This document shows, piece after piece, positions 17,116 through 25,696 of a stretch of DNA of 64,000 nt (its first letter is position 1; every line of letters begins with the position of its first letter). The notes beneath the pieces were generated by a model, which saw nothing but the letters and a program-made list of their open reading frames with translations, was not told the DNA's origin and searched no databases. This stretch comes from an uncultured virus (IMG/VR IMGVR_UViG_3300046517_000572). Its lineage: Duplodnaviria > Heunggongvirae > Uroviricota > Caudoviricetes. Where the stretch lies: the IMG/VR virus record IMGVR_UViG_3300046517_000572, one strand, 5' to 3'. Both the position numbers and the translations under genes were made by a program.

Positions 17116-17286
17116 ATGACCGCTGCCCAACTGATCAAAGTGTTGGCCCAGCATATCACCGAGCATGGCAACGTGCCGGTGATGTTGCCACTCCACTACC
17201 CGCCCTCGACACACAAGGGCCAAGCCGCAGTGGTGCGCTGTTGGTGGGATGACGACGCCAAGCGCGTCATCATCGAAGCACTATAG
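17116..17286 (+). CDS. Hypothetical protein
   Basis: MTAAQLIKVL...HGNVPV; AGGAG RBS. Confidence 0.6.
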   Translation: MTAAQLIKVLAQHITEHGNVPVMLPLHYPPSTHKGQAAVVRCWWDDDAKRVIIEAL

Positions 17287-17314
17287 ACGAAACGTATATA
17301 CAGGAGCCGCTCCC

Positions 17315-18484
17315 ATGTCCGACAACGTCCGCAACCTGCCTGCCACCACCGCGAAGAACGCCACAGCTTTGGTATCATCCTCGACCGCGCTGGTCGCGCT
17401 GCATCAGGTGATGGACCGTGTTCTGTCCGATCCGGCTTTCCCGATCGAGACCGTCGAACGAATGGTCAACCTCGGCATGATGATGCTGAAAGAGGAACAG
17501 CGCATCGGCTACTTCGACGCGATGGCGGAACTGCAATCCGAGATCGAGCCGGTGTTTCGCCGCAAGCCGAACGCGGGTGCCGGTGGCAGACCCTATGCGC
17601 CCCGTGAAGACATCATGGCGATGCTGCAACCGAAACTCAGCAAGCATCGCTTCGCGGTCAATATTGGCGAGATCGAAGGCGCGCCCGAAGGCAAGGTGCG
17701 GATGGAAATCACGGTCAGCCGGGGCGGTCATACCGAGCGGCGCTACCGGGATTTTCCCACGGTGTTCAAAGGCGCTTTCGGCAAGGCAATCGCGATGACC
17801 GAACAGCAAATGGTCGTGGCGGTCGATACCTACGCGATGCGCGCCTTGATCACGACGTTTTTCCACATCACCACCGACGAAGACGACGACGGTGAAGCGA
17901 CACGCGAGACCAACTACGGCGGCAACGACAAGCCCCATGACAAGCCCCAAGACGACGCCACAGCCGCCCAGCGCGGCTGGCGCGGCAAGAATGTCGCCCA
18001 GTGGGCCGACACGCTGGTGGCCCGTCTGGCGGCTGCGCAGAGCCTGGAGGGGATCGACGATCTGCTGAACACCCCGCCGGTCTCCGAGTGGCTGGCAGAT
18101 CAGGCCGGTGGCCCGACCAAGGAGGAGCGCACTAAGATCAGCGTTGCCCGCATGGATGCCACCAAGCGCGTGGTCGGCGCCACGCCCAGCACCGCAGCAC
18201 CGGACCCCGCTGTGGTGGGCAGGACGATGGACAACTACGACCGGGGCGAGGCGCGGCGCAAAGCTGATCAGGCGACAGAGACCGGCGAATCGGCCAAGCC
18301 CATCGACCACGCGGCAGAACTGATCGCGCACATCGCCTCGCGCTCGACCTCGGCCGCGCTCAAGAGCCTGGAGATGGAGCCGGAATTTCTCAAGGCGCTG
18401 GCTGATCTGTTCCCGGTCGATGGCGAGCGGGTGCAATCATTCTTGGTGGCCAAGCGCACCGAACTGGAGGCCAAAGGGGTATGA
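17315..18484 (+). CDS. erf: ERF-family single-strand annealing protein
   Basis: AMAELQSEI...YAPREDI...TYAMRAL...DEDDDG; AGGAG RBS. Confidence 0.82.
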   Translation: MSDNVRNLPATTAKNATALVSSSTALVALHQVMDRVLSDPAFPIETVERMVNLGMMMLKEEQRIGYFDAMAELQSEIEPVFRRKPNAGAGGRPYAPREDIMAMLQPKLSKHRFAVNIGEIEGAPEGKVRMEITVSRGGHTERRYRDFPTVFKGAFGKAIAMTEQQMVVAVDTYAMRALITTFFHITTDEDDDGEATRETNYGGNDKPHDKPQDDATAAQRGWRGKNVAQWADTLVARLAAAQSLEGIDDLLNTPPVSEWLADQAGGPTKEERTKISVARMDATKRVVGATPSTAAPDPAVVGRTMDNYDRGEARRKADQATETGESAKPIDHAAELIAHIASRSTSAALKSLEMEPEFLKALADLFPVDGERVQSFLVAKRTELEAKGV

Positions 18485-18783
18485 CCGACGAAGAACGCCC
18501 GATCCCACATCTCGCACCGCCGACCAACGTCGCCAGCCTGCGTCTGCCGGGGGCGCCACCCCCGGAGGCGCACGCGGTCGCGCTGGAGCGATTGCTGGAG
18601 GCGATGTGCCTCGCCGCCACGATCAACCGCGAGGCCGCCGCTGCCTTCGCAATGGTGTTCAAAACCTGCGCTGTGAGCGCGCCCTACGGCGCGGAGGGTG
18701 TCGCGGTGGCAAAGATACTGGCGCAACTCGCCAAGCGCCTGGAGACGCATCTGGCGGGCCACCCGCCGCCTTCTGTTGCGTGA
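18481..18783 (+). CDS. Hypothetical protein
   Basis: ATGA-coupled to ERF. Confidence 0.55.
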   Translation: MTDEERPIPHLAPPTNVASLRLPGAPPPEAHAVALERLLEAMCLAATINREAAAAFAMVFKTCAVSAPYGAEGVAVAKILAQLAKRLETHLAGHPPPSVA

Positions 18784-18861
18784 TCGCGCCTTGGCGGGAC
18801 TCGGGTGGGTGTGGTTGGTGGCCGTGACGCCGACGACCAACCACTGACAGGGGAAACCATC

Positions 18862-20043
18862 ATGGCTGTGCTGACCGTCGCTGCGGGCGGCTCGATCCAG
18901 GCTGCGATCGACGCCGCCGCACCGGGCGACACCGTCGATGTCGCCGCCGGTAGCTACAAAAACCAGTTCCTGACCATCACCAAATCGCTGACTGTGGAGG
19001 CGGTCGGCGGTGCCGCCGTCATCGCCGCCACGGTGAACGCGCCGAACGGCAAAGCGATCATCACCGAAGGCGGCGGCGGGATCACCGTCACCCTCGCGGG
19101 GTTGGATGTCTCGGGCGCCATCGTGGGCGACAACAACGGCGCAGCGATCCGCTATGAAGGCGGCACGCTGCATCTGAGCAATGTTGATCTGCACAACAAC
19201 CAGGAGGGATTGCTTGGTGCGGCAGACGGCAGCGGTGTGATCACGATCGACCATTCCGAGATCGACCACAACGGTGAGGGCAGTGGATCAACCCATAATC
19301 TGTATATTGGCGCTATTGCTAGTTTCACTCTCACTAATAGCTATATCCATGATGCGGTTGTGGGACATGAAGTCAAATCACGAGCAGCGAATAATACTCT
19401 CACTGGTAACCGTATCTTTGATAATAGCGGCTCTGCTTCTTATAGCATTGACCTACCTAATGGTGGCAACGCCCGTATCGGCGGCAACGTGATCGAGCAG
19501 GGGCCGAACACCCAGAACCCGTTCATCGTCGCTTACGGCGAGGAAGGCACCACCGGCAGCGGGGCGTCGGTGGCGATCAGTGGCAACACCATCGTCAACG
19601 ATGACCCATCCGGACGCGGCATCCTCAACACCTCGGGCACGCCGATCGCGCTGTCGGGCAATCGCGTCTACGGCCTGCCCGCGTCCAGCTTCGGCGGTGA
19701 CACCGTGCTGTTGGCCTCGCGGCCGACGCTCGACACCAGCGCGATGCAGTTCATCTATCCGGGTGCTGCACCGCCGCCGCCAGTAACAGAGCCGCCACCA
19801 CCACCGCCACCAGTAGCAGACCCACCACCGCCCCCAGCACCACCGCCACCAGTGCCCCCAACACCGCCGCCTCCGCTGACCCTGTCTCAGTATCACACGC
19901 TGATCCTTGCCGACTTCAACACCTACGCCAAAGCCCACCCGGAGGTCTGGCAAAGCCCGGTCTCGGTGCATGCGCTGATGAGCGAGATCAGCAGCACGAC
20001 CGTCCTGACGCACGTCACAGGCGACCTATGGAGCGGACTATGA
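18862..20043 (+). CDS. Right-handed parallel beta-helix (pectin lyase-like) protein with Pro-rich linker
   Basis: SIQAAIDAAAPGDTVDVAAGSY; repeated I/LxGN, HNN rungs; HNLYIG, GHEVKSRA; poly-Pro linker. Confidence 0.88.
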   Translation: MAVLTVAAGGSIQAAIDAAAPGDTVDVAAGSYKNQFLTITKSLTVEAVGGAAVIAATVNAPNGKAIITEGGGGITVTLAGLDVSGAIVGDNNGAAIRYEGGTLHLSNVDLHNNQEGLLGAADGSGVITIDHSEIDHNGEGSGSTHNLYIGAIASFTLTNSYIHDAVVGHEVKSRAANNTLTGNRIFDNSGSASYSIDLPNGGNARIGGNVIEQGPNTQNPFIVAYGEEGTTGSGASVAISGNTIVNDDPSGRGILNTSGTPIALSGNRVYGLPASSFGGDTVLLASRPTLDTSAMQFIYPGAAPPPPVTEPPPPPPPVADPPPPPAPPPPVPPTPPPPLTLSQYHTLILADFNTYAKAHPEVWQSPVSVHALMSEISSTTVLTHVTGDLWSGL

Positions 20044-20122
20044 GGTATCGGCTACTGATGCTGGCTACCCTGATCGCAGCGGTGCCGTTCCTGGCACTGG
20101 GCGTGATGACAAGGAGACAACC

Positions 20123-20350
20123 ATGAGCGACCTGACCGACGAGGTGCTGACCGTCCGTAACCTCCGCGAACTGTTGCAGGAGACGCGGCAGCGCAATATC
20201 GAACTGGCGCGGATCAATGCCGATCTGGAGCGGCACAACCGCGAACTGCGCCAAGCGGTGGACGCGCTGTTGCAGCCTGCGGCGTCCGAGTTGCTGGCGA
20301 AGAATCTGACGCACCCGTCGCTCGACAAGGCGGAGCATGACGGGACGTGA
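20123..20350 (+). CDS. Coiled-coil protein
   Basis: AAGGAG RBS; heptad pattern LRELLQETRQRNIELARINADLERHNRELRQAV. Confidence 0.65.
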   Translation: MSDLTDEVLTVRNLRELLQETRQRNIELARINADLERHNRELRQAVDALLQPAASELLAKNLTHPSLDKAEHDGT

Positions 20351-20601
20351 CTGAGGCGATGTTGCGCTTTCTATGCGAGCAACTCCGCGAATGGGGCGGT
20401 CTGCCGGAAGCCGAAATCCGGCGTATCTACGACGCGGAACGAAAAGGGCTGTCGGCAAATCTTACAAACCCGGAGCCAGCGCCGACTTCCGACTGCTAAC
20501 CCATTGTTGTCAAAAGACGACGAAAAGAAACCGACTATCTATCCGCGCGTGATCTAATCCCCTCGTCCCAATCCGGGGCATCCTTCGCGAAGGGAAACGA
20601 C

Positions 20602-21255
20602 ATGCGAAACCTCTTGCTTGCAGCCACGGCGGTCACCGCCCTGGCCTTTGCCGTGCCTGCCCACGCCACGCTGGTCCTGACGTTTGGGCAGAATGGCAGC
20701 AGCAACACGATCACCGGCACCGCCTCGGGCGGCACGTCTACCACCATCAGCGCCACCGACGTGAGCGTGGACGTGACGCAAATTCTGGGCGGTTCTCCCA
20801 GTAGCCCCGACTTCCTGACGCTTAATGCCGTGTCTGACGGCGCGGCCTTCGCGGTCGGCTCTGGCGTGGCGCAACACTTCGACGGCACCTTCTCGATCCG
20901 CACCGCAGCCGGTGGCGGCGGCACCAACCTGCTTTCAGGTGCCTTCACCGATCTGCTGTTGGGCACCGGTCCTGCCGCCACCATCACCGTTGGCGCGCCG
21001 CCTGACCTCGCGGCGTTCACCTCCGACGTGATCGCTCTTGGTCAGCTTGGCCCGCCGGTCGCAGTGGCGTTTTCGTTCGCCAACGTGACCCCGCCGGTCG
21101 GCCTCGACGGCTCGACGCTGGCGTCGTTCACCTCGTCCGTGTCGGGCACGTTCAGCGCGGAGCCGATCCCGACGCCCGAGCCTGCATCGCTCGCGCTGTT
21201 CGGCGTCGGCCTGCTTGGCCTTGGCATGGTCACCGCCAAGCGCCGCACGAAGTAA
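20602..21255 (+). CDS. PEP-CTERM surface protein 1
   Basis: Sec signal MRNLLLAATAVTALAFAVPAHA; Ser/Thr/Gly-rich body; TPEPASLALFGVGLLGLGMVTAKRRTK. Confidence 0.92.
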   Translation: MRNLLLAATAVTALAFAVPAHATLVLTFGQNGSSNTITGTASGGTSTTISATDVSVDVTQILGGSPSSPDFLTLNAVSDGAAFAVGSGVAQHFDGTFSIRTAAGGGGTNLLSGAFTDLLLGTGPAATITVGAPPDLAAFTSDVIALGQLGPPVAVAFSFANVTPPVGLDGSTLASFTSSVSGTFSAEPIPTPEPASLALFGVGLLGLGMVTAKRRTK

Positions 21256-21291
21256 CCGGGGGCAAAACAACCCGCGTCTGGGAAAAACTGA

Positions 21292-21339
21292 CCGGAGCGG
21301 CGACGTGTAACCCCTTGCAAGGCGCCGCTCCGGATTTTT
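21292..21339 (+). terminator. Intrinsic terminator
   Basis: CCGGAGCGGCG...CGCCGCTCCGG followed by ATTTTT. Confidence 0.65.
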
Positions 21340-21359
21340 CAACTTAGGGAAAGTCACAC

Positions 21360-22082
21360 ATGAAACGCTTACTGACCACCGCCACCATCGTCGCGGGAGC
21401 GATGTTCTTCCATCAGCCCGCCTTTGCCCACATCGACTTCTTGCTTGGCAATCACCCGCAACAGCCCAGTGAGGAAAACATCCTGTTCACAGGCGGCGAA
21501 AGCGGCCTGCTCCTGACGGACGGACAGGTTGATCACACCGGGGCTGGTGTCTTTTTCACCACTCTTGGCAACCCCTTACAGGTGCTTGGACAGCAGTCTG
21601 GTGGGCAGGCTAAGATCACCTGTATATCGGGCTGCATCGACAATTCCGGTGTTCCTGGCGCAACGAATGAGGAAGATTCTCAGCTAGGTTCGATCTCGAT
21701 GCGCGCCGGAACGTTGAACGGTCAGCCGACAGCGTGGGGTGATGCAATCATCGATCTGACGAATGGCATCGGCACGGCGCTGATCACCGTGACCGACAAT
21801 TTCGGCGCACCGTTCACCTACACATTAGGTCATGGTAGTAACTTCCTGACGATGGTCGCCTCGGGCGGCGAGTTCATCACCCGCATCGATGTGACCAACG
21901 ATAACCCCGGCCAGCCGTTCGGCTTCAACGAGTTCGATCAGCCGCGCGTCTCCGGTCTCTGCACGATCGACGCAACCGGCTGTCAGACGGTGCCGATTCC
22001 GACACCGGAGCCATACTCGATCGCCCTGCTTGCCGCTGGCTTGCTGGGCACCGCCGCCTTCCGGCGCCGCCAGCGCCGCTAG
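21360..22082 (+). CDS. PEP-CTERM surface protein 2
   Basis: Sec signal ending PAFA; TPEPYSIALLAAGLLGTAAFRRRQRR; two Cys pairs. Confidence 0.92.
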   Translation: MKRLLTTATIVAGAMFFHQPAFAHIDFLLGNHPQQPSEENILFTGGESGLLLTDGQVDHTGAGVFFTTLGNPLQVLGQQSGGQAKITCISGCIDNSGVPGATNEEDSQLGSISMRAGTLNGQPTAWGDAIIDLTNGIGTALITVTDNFGAPFTYTLGHGSNFLTMVASGGEFITRIDVTNDNPGQPFGFNEFDQPRVSGLCTIDATGCQTVPIPTPEPYSIALLAAGLLGTAAFRRRQRR

Positions 22083-22108
22083 GCTTTTCTCGTCGGCGTC
22101 TCGACGGG

Positions 22109-22142
22109 ACCGGTGCAGTGTGCAAGCTGCACCGGTTTTTTT
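22109..22142 (+). terminator. Intrinsic terminator
   Basis: ACCGGTGCAG...CTGCACCGGT followed by a T run. Confidence 0.8.
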
Positions 22143-22155
22143 ATGGGAGGGACCG

Positions 22156-22932
22156 ATGGCCATCGCGTTTATTATCGCCGCCACCGACGCGGGTCCGATG
22201 ATCATCAACCGGTTCGATGTCTACGCCACCGAAGCCGGATACTTTGGCGTCGGCGCCTCGTTGCTGGCCACCGGCAAGTTCGATCAGTCCGACATCGATG
22301 GTCTCTGTGGTCTCTTGCATCTGCGCCGCAAACATCACGGCGACGGCGTGGTCGCATTGGACATCGGCGCCAATATCGGCACGCATACTTTGGCGTGGGC
22401 GAAGCTGATGCGCGGCTGGGGCGAGGTGATCGCGGTCGAGGCGCAGGAGCGGGTGTTCTACGCGCTGGCTGGCAACATCGCGATCAACAACCTGTTCAAC
22501 GCGTGGGCTGTCTGTGCGGTGATCAGCGATACGATCGGCAAGGTGGACATCCCCGAACTCGACCACGAGAAACCGGCGTCGTTCGGCTCGCTGGAACTAG
22601 AGCCATGCACCGACGAGGTGATCGGTCAGATACCGACGCGTCGGCAAGCTGCGGCGAAGCTGACGATCGATAGTATCGTGCGCAACAAACGGGTGGACCT
22701 GATCAAACTCGATATCGAGGGGATGGAGGTCGGCGCGCTGGACGGCGCGACAGAGACCATCAGGCGTTGGCATCCCGCGCTGTTCATCGAGTGGGTGAAA
22801 TGCGGCGAAGCGCCGCTGCGATCATGGCTCGCCGGGAGCGGCTATGTGATCCATCAGATGGGCGCGAACATGCTGTGCCTGCACATCGCGGACCCGATCC
22901 AGGCTGATGTCCAGATGCAGCGCGCGGAATAA
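22156..22932 (+). CDS. FkbM-family SAM methyltransferase
   Basis: LDIGANIGTH, AVEAQ, IKLDIEGME; GGAGG RBS. Confidence 0.92.
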   Translation: MAIAFIIAATDAGPMIINRFDVYATEAGYFGVGASLLATGKFDQSDIDGLCGLLHLRRKHHGDGVVALDIGANIGTHTLAWAKLMRGWGEVIAVEAQERVFYALAGNIAINNLFNAWAVCAVISDTIGKVDIPELDHEKPASFGSLELEPCTDEVIGQIPTRRQAAAKLTIDSIVRNKRVDLIKLDIEGMEVGALDGATETIRRWHPALFIEWVKCGEAPLRSWLAGSGYVIHQMGANMLCLHIADPIQADVQMQRAE

Positions 22933-22963
22933 AAAAAGCCCCGGCGCGTTGGGGCGCCGGGGC
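22931..22963 (-). terminator. Intrinsic terminator of the virion operon, at the convergence point
   Basis: GCCCCGGCGC...GCGCCGGGGC followed by T7 on the minus strand. Confidence 0.8.
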
Positions 22964-22990
22964 AAAGTCACTTTCTCGGAGGTGGCGAGT

Positions 22991-23248
22991 TTAGTTCGCC
23001 GCCTCCTCGGTGGCTAGATGCAATTTCGGTGGCGCCCGTTCCGGTGTCTGCGCCGTCTGGTATTGCGCGTCATACGCCTGCCGCGCCGCCTGCACTTGCG
23101 GGATCACCTCGCTGCGCAGCCCCATGATGACATCACAGATTTCATCGAACGGGCGCTTGGCCAGAATCTCCTGCACCGAGTGGAACACGTCGAGCGACAT
23201 CGTCAACGTGACCACGGGGTTGAACGGCGGCTGCGGCTGGGCTGGCAT
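22991..23248 (-). CDS. Small phage protein (post-tail-fibre type)
   Basis: ILAKRPFDEICDVIMGLRSE; AAGGA RBS. Confidence 0.65.
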   Translation of the reverse strand: MPAQPQPPFNPVVTLTMSLDVFHSVQEILAKRPFDEICDVIMGLRSEVIPQVQAARQAYDAQYQTAQTPERAPPKLHLATEEAAN

Positions 23249-23251
23249 GGA

Positions 23252-23788
23252 TTATCCTTTCGGGGTTGGTTCCGTCTCGGACGGCGGCATCGGGTAGCCG
23301 ACCTCCAGGGACGGGTCTACACAAACGTATCGCCACCCCAGGCCGGGTATTCCGCAAACGATCCAAAACTTTTGGGACGGCAGCGTATTGTCGATCTGCC
23401 CGCCGCTGCCTCCTGGCAGGGTGTTGTCAGGCCGCTCGCCACCCGGCACCGGCTGACCGCTGGGATGCCCTGGACGACCGGGCATCGGCCCGCCGCCTGG
23501 ATGCGGCCCACCGCCGGGACGACCGTAGCCGGGATCGACCGGGCGTCCCGGTGACGGCCAGATTGTTCCGGGTGCGACTGGCAGGGTGTTGTCTGGCCCG
23601 ATCGGCACGATCGGTCTGCCATGCGACGGAGGTGGCCAGATTCCGGGAGGTGGTTGCGGCAGCGAATTGTCGATGCCTGCGCCCAGGTCGATCCCGTAGC
23701 CGGGATCGGTCGGGCCTTCCATCCCAGGCAGTTCGTTGTCGGGGTGTCCTTCTCCCCGGCGGAGTATCTTGATGTATGCGAGAGGCAT
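23252..23788 (-). CDS. Pro/Gly-rich repeat protein
   Basis: ATG 23788 with GAGGAG RBS; five [PI]DNxLP repeats, two DPGYG. Confidence 0.75.
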   Translation of the reverse strand: MPLAYIKILRRGEGHPDNELPGMEGPTDPGYGIDLGAGIDNSLPQPPPGIWPPPSHGRPIVPIGPDNTLPVAPGTIWPSPGRPVDPGYGRPGGGPHPGGGPMPGRPGHPSGQPVPGGERPDNTLPGGSGGQIDNTLPSQKFWIVCGIPGLGWRYVCVDPSLEVGYPMPPSETEPTPKG

Positions 23789-23864
23789 CGGGTGTCTCCT
23801 CTGGTTTGGTCGTGCGCTCCCATAGCCTGCCTGGGCGGTCGTGTCGCGTGACAGGCTGGTCACA

Positions 23865-25286
23865 TCACGCGGTTGTCGTGTCGATGCCGATACCAGCGGC
23901 GACCAATGCGGCAATAACGCTGGCCAATGCGGTGTTGCCGCCCTTGGCGCCCGTGAAGCTGGGTTGGGTGGCGGGCGGCGTGTGGCCCCAGATGCCCAGG
24001 CCCGCCGCCAGCGTGGTGGCGCCGGTCGCGCGGGTGATCCGCAGCGCCACCGGCAGCGGGTTGCCGCTGTCGTCGGACGGCTGCACGCCGAAATCGGACC
24101 CGGCATTGGCGCCGCCCTCGTTGGTCGCGTCGCCCAGGTAGGCGGTCCATCGGTTCAGCCCGAGAACCTGCCCGTTGATGAGCGAGCCGGTGCCTGCGTT
24201 CCTGGCGCGCCCGATGTTGAGCATCGGCCAGTTGGCATTGCCCACGACGGTGTTGGTGATCGACAGGACGGCGCGGTCGGTGGTGGTCTCCGCCGTGATC
24301 GCCAGCGCTCCGGTCGTGTTTGAATGCAGCGTCATGGCGTAGCCGGAATCGTTCACGGTGTTCGCCACGAGGCGGCTGTTGACCAGGGTCAGCCATGCCG
24401 CCGACGTGGTGGCACCGGAACTGGTGCCTGACCACTGGTGCTGCGTCGAATGGTCGCCGGTTGACCAGCTATTGAGCGTTTTGATCTGGTAGCTCGCCTG
24501 CGGCGTCGTGGTGTAGGCGCCGCCGTCATGACCGAACGCATTCAGCGCGGCGATTACCGTATTGCCAGCCAGCCCGGTGGGGCTGGACGGCGTGCCGCTG
24601 GCACGGCGACCATTGAGGCCGGTGGGCGCCGCCCAGGCGTCCAGGAAGACGTTAGACGCCGTAGCGGGGTCAGCCGCGATGCGTAGCCCGTAGGTGTAGC
24701 CGACCGGCAGGCCGGGGATCGTGTTGTAGATACTCTGCGAGGCGATGATCACACTGCTGAACGAACCTGGGGTTGTGGCGCCACCCTGGCCGATCGGGGT
24801 TCCCAGGATGCCGCCGGTAAACGTGGCAGCGCCGCCGCTGGTGATGGTGGTATCAACCGCCAGCGCGCCATGAACCGTCAGCCTGCCGGTGATCGCGGAA
24901 TCGCCCGTGACTGTCGCCCCCTGACCAACCACCAGTGAGCCAGGGATGGTCAGATTACCCGCGACTGATGCGGCAAGCTGCGTCGGTGCCGGTTGCCACG
25001 CGTTGTTCTGGCGACAATAGGGCGTGCCGTCCGATGGCGCGTCCGGGATCGAGGAGCCGGATATCTTGCCATCGACATAGGATTTTGAGGCGGCATGAAC
25101 GTCCTGGCTGGGCGCCTCGGTCAGCGACAGATAGCCGAACACGGTGGGGTTGGTCAGGTAGCCGTTATTGGCATCGACCTTGCCCGCGAATAAGAAATTC
25201 CATTGATCGGCGGTCGGCACCTGACCGGGATAGATGTTGGCGTCGGTGTTGATGCCGTCGCCGCTGGTCAGCAGCAGATCGCTCAT
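23865..25286 (-). CDS. Secondary tail fibre/spike with internal foldon-like motif
   Basis: AASKSYVD; IPDAPSDGTPYCRQNNAW; xLxVxG beta-spiral repeats. Confidence 0.75.
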   Translation of the reverse strand: MSDLLLTSGDGINTDANIYPGQVPTADQWNFLFAGKVDANNGYLTNPTVFGYLSLTEAPSQDVHAASKSYVDGKISGSSIPDAPSDGTPYCRQNNAWQPAPTQLAASVAGNLTIPGSLVVGQGATVTGDSAITGRLTVHGALAVDTTITSGGAATFTGGILGTPIGQGGATTPGSFSSVIIASQSIYNTIPGLPVGYTYGLRIAADPATASNVFLDAWAAPTGLNGRRASGTPSSPTGLAGNTVIAALNAFGHDGGAYTTTPQASYQIKTLNSWSTGDHSTQHQWSGTSSGATTSAAWLTLVNSRLVANTVNDSGYAMTLHSNTTGALAITAETTTDRAVLSITNTVVGNANWPMLNIGRARNAGTGSLINGQVLGLNRWTAYLGDATNEGGANAGSDFGVQPSDDSGNPLPVALRITRATGATTLAAGLGIWGHTPPATQPSFTGAKGGNTALASVIAALVAAGIGIDTTTA

Positions 25287-25696
25287 GTCGGCACCTTCCC
25301 TAGACCGACACCGGTCTGTTGGATCGCGAACGGCCCGGTTCCGGCGACCGGTCCCAGCACCGCGAAATCACCGACCTCGGATTTGCACTGCACTTGGCCC
25401 GTCACCACGCGATCCTCGGTCACCTCGATGAACGCCTGCGCGTAGGTCACCAGCGGCACCGTCATCGCGGCGTTGACCAGTTCCGCCTTGACGATCGGCA
25501 GCGGTGGCGCGTGGCCCAGGATGTCCTCGAAATAGCGCACGCCGCGCGTGGTGTTGTAATAGCACTCGCCATTGAACAGCCGGATCGCGGAGGCGACATC
25601 CTGCGCCAGTGAATACGGCTCCGACGCCACGGCGATATTGCCGAACGCGTCCAAGCATAAGTCCCAGCGCATGGTGTCCAACAGCAGGGTCTGCAT
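25283..25696 (-). CDS. Baseplate wedge / sheath initiator (gp25/gp46-like)
   Basis: TLLLD...WDLCLDAFGNIAVA...AQDVASAIRLFNGECYY. Confidence 0.8.
   Translation of the reverse strand: MQTLLLDTMRWDLCLDAFGNIAVASEPYSLAQDVASAIRLFNGECYYNTTRGVRYFEDILGHAPPLPIVKAELVNAAMTVPLVTYAQAFIEVTEDRVVTGQVQCKSEVGDFAVLGPVAGTGPFAIQQTGVGLGKVPT

Noticed and set aside
20040..20350. Spanin or holin interpretation of the 28-aa TM peptide plus coiled-coil ORF
   Set aside because: No lipobox-containing partner, TM and coiled coil are in separate ORFs, and the location is outside the late operon
20527..20551. ECF-type promoter GAAAC-N16-CGTG upstream of PEP-CTERM 1
   Set aside because: Mismatch in both elements relative to the EcfG consensus; too weak to call without TSS data
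21256..21340. c-di-GMP-I riboswitch suggested by GGCAAA...GGAAA upstream of PEP-CTERM 2
   Set aside because: The paired stems and GACGCAAAG-type core are absent; only a terminator hairpin is supportable
18783..22990. Integron-like cassette array (hairpins between accessory genes)
   Set aside because: Hairpins lack the RYYYAAC...GTTRRRY attC ends, share no sequence, and two look like ordinary terminators; no integrase
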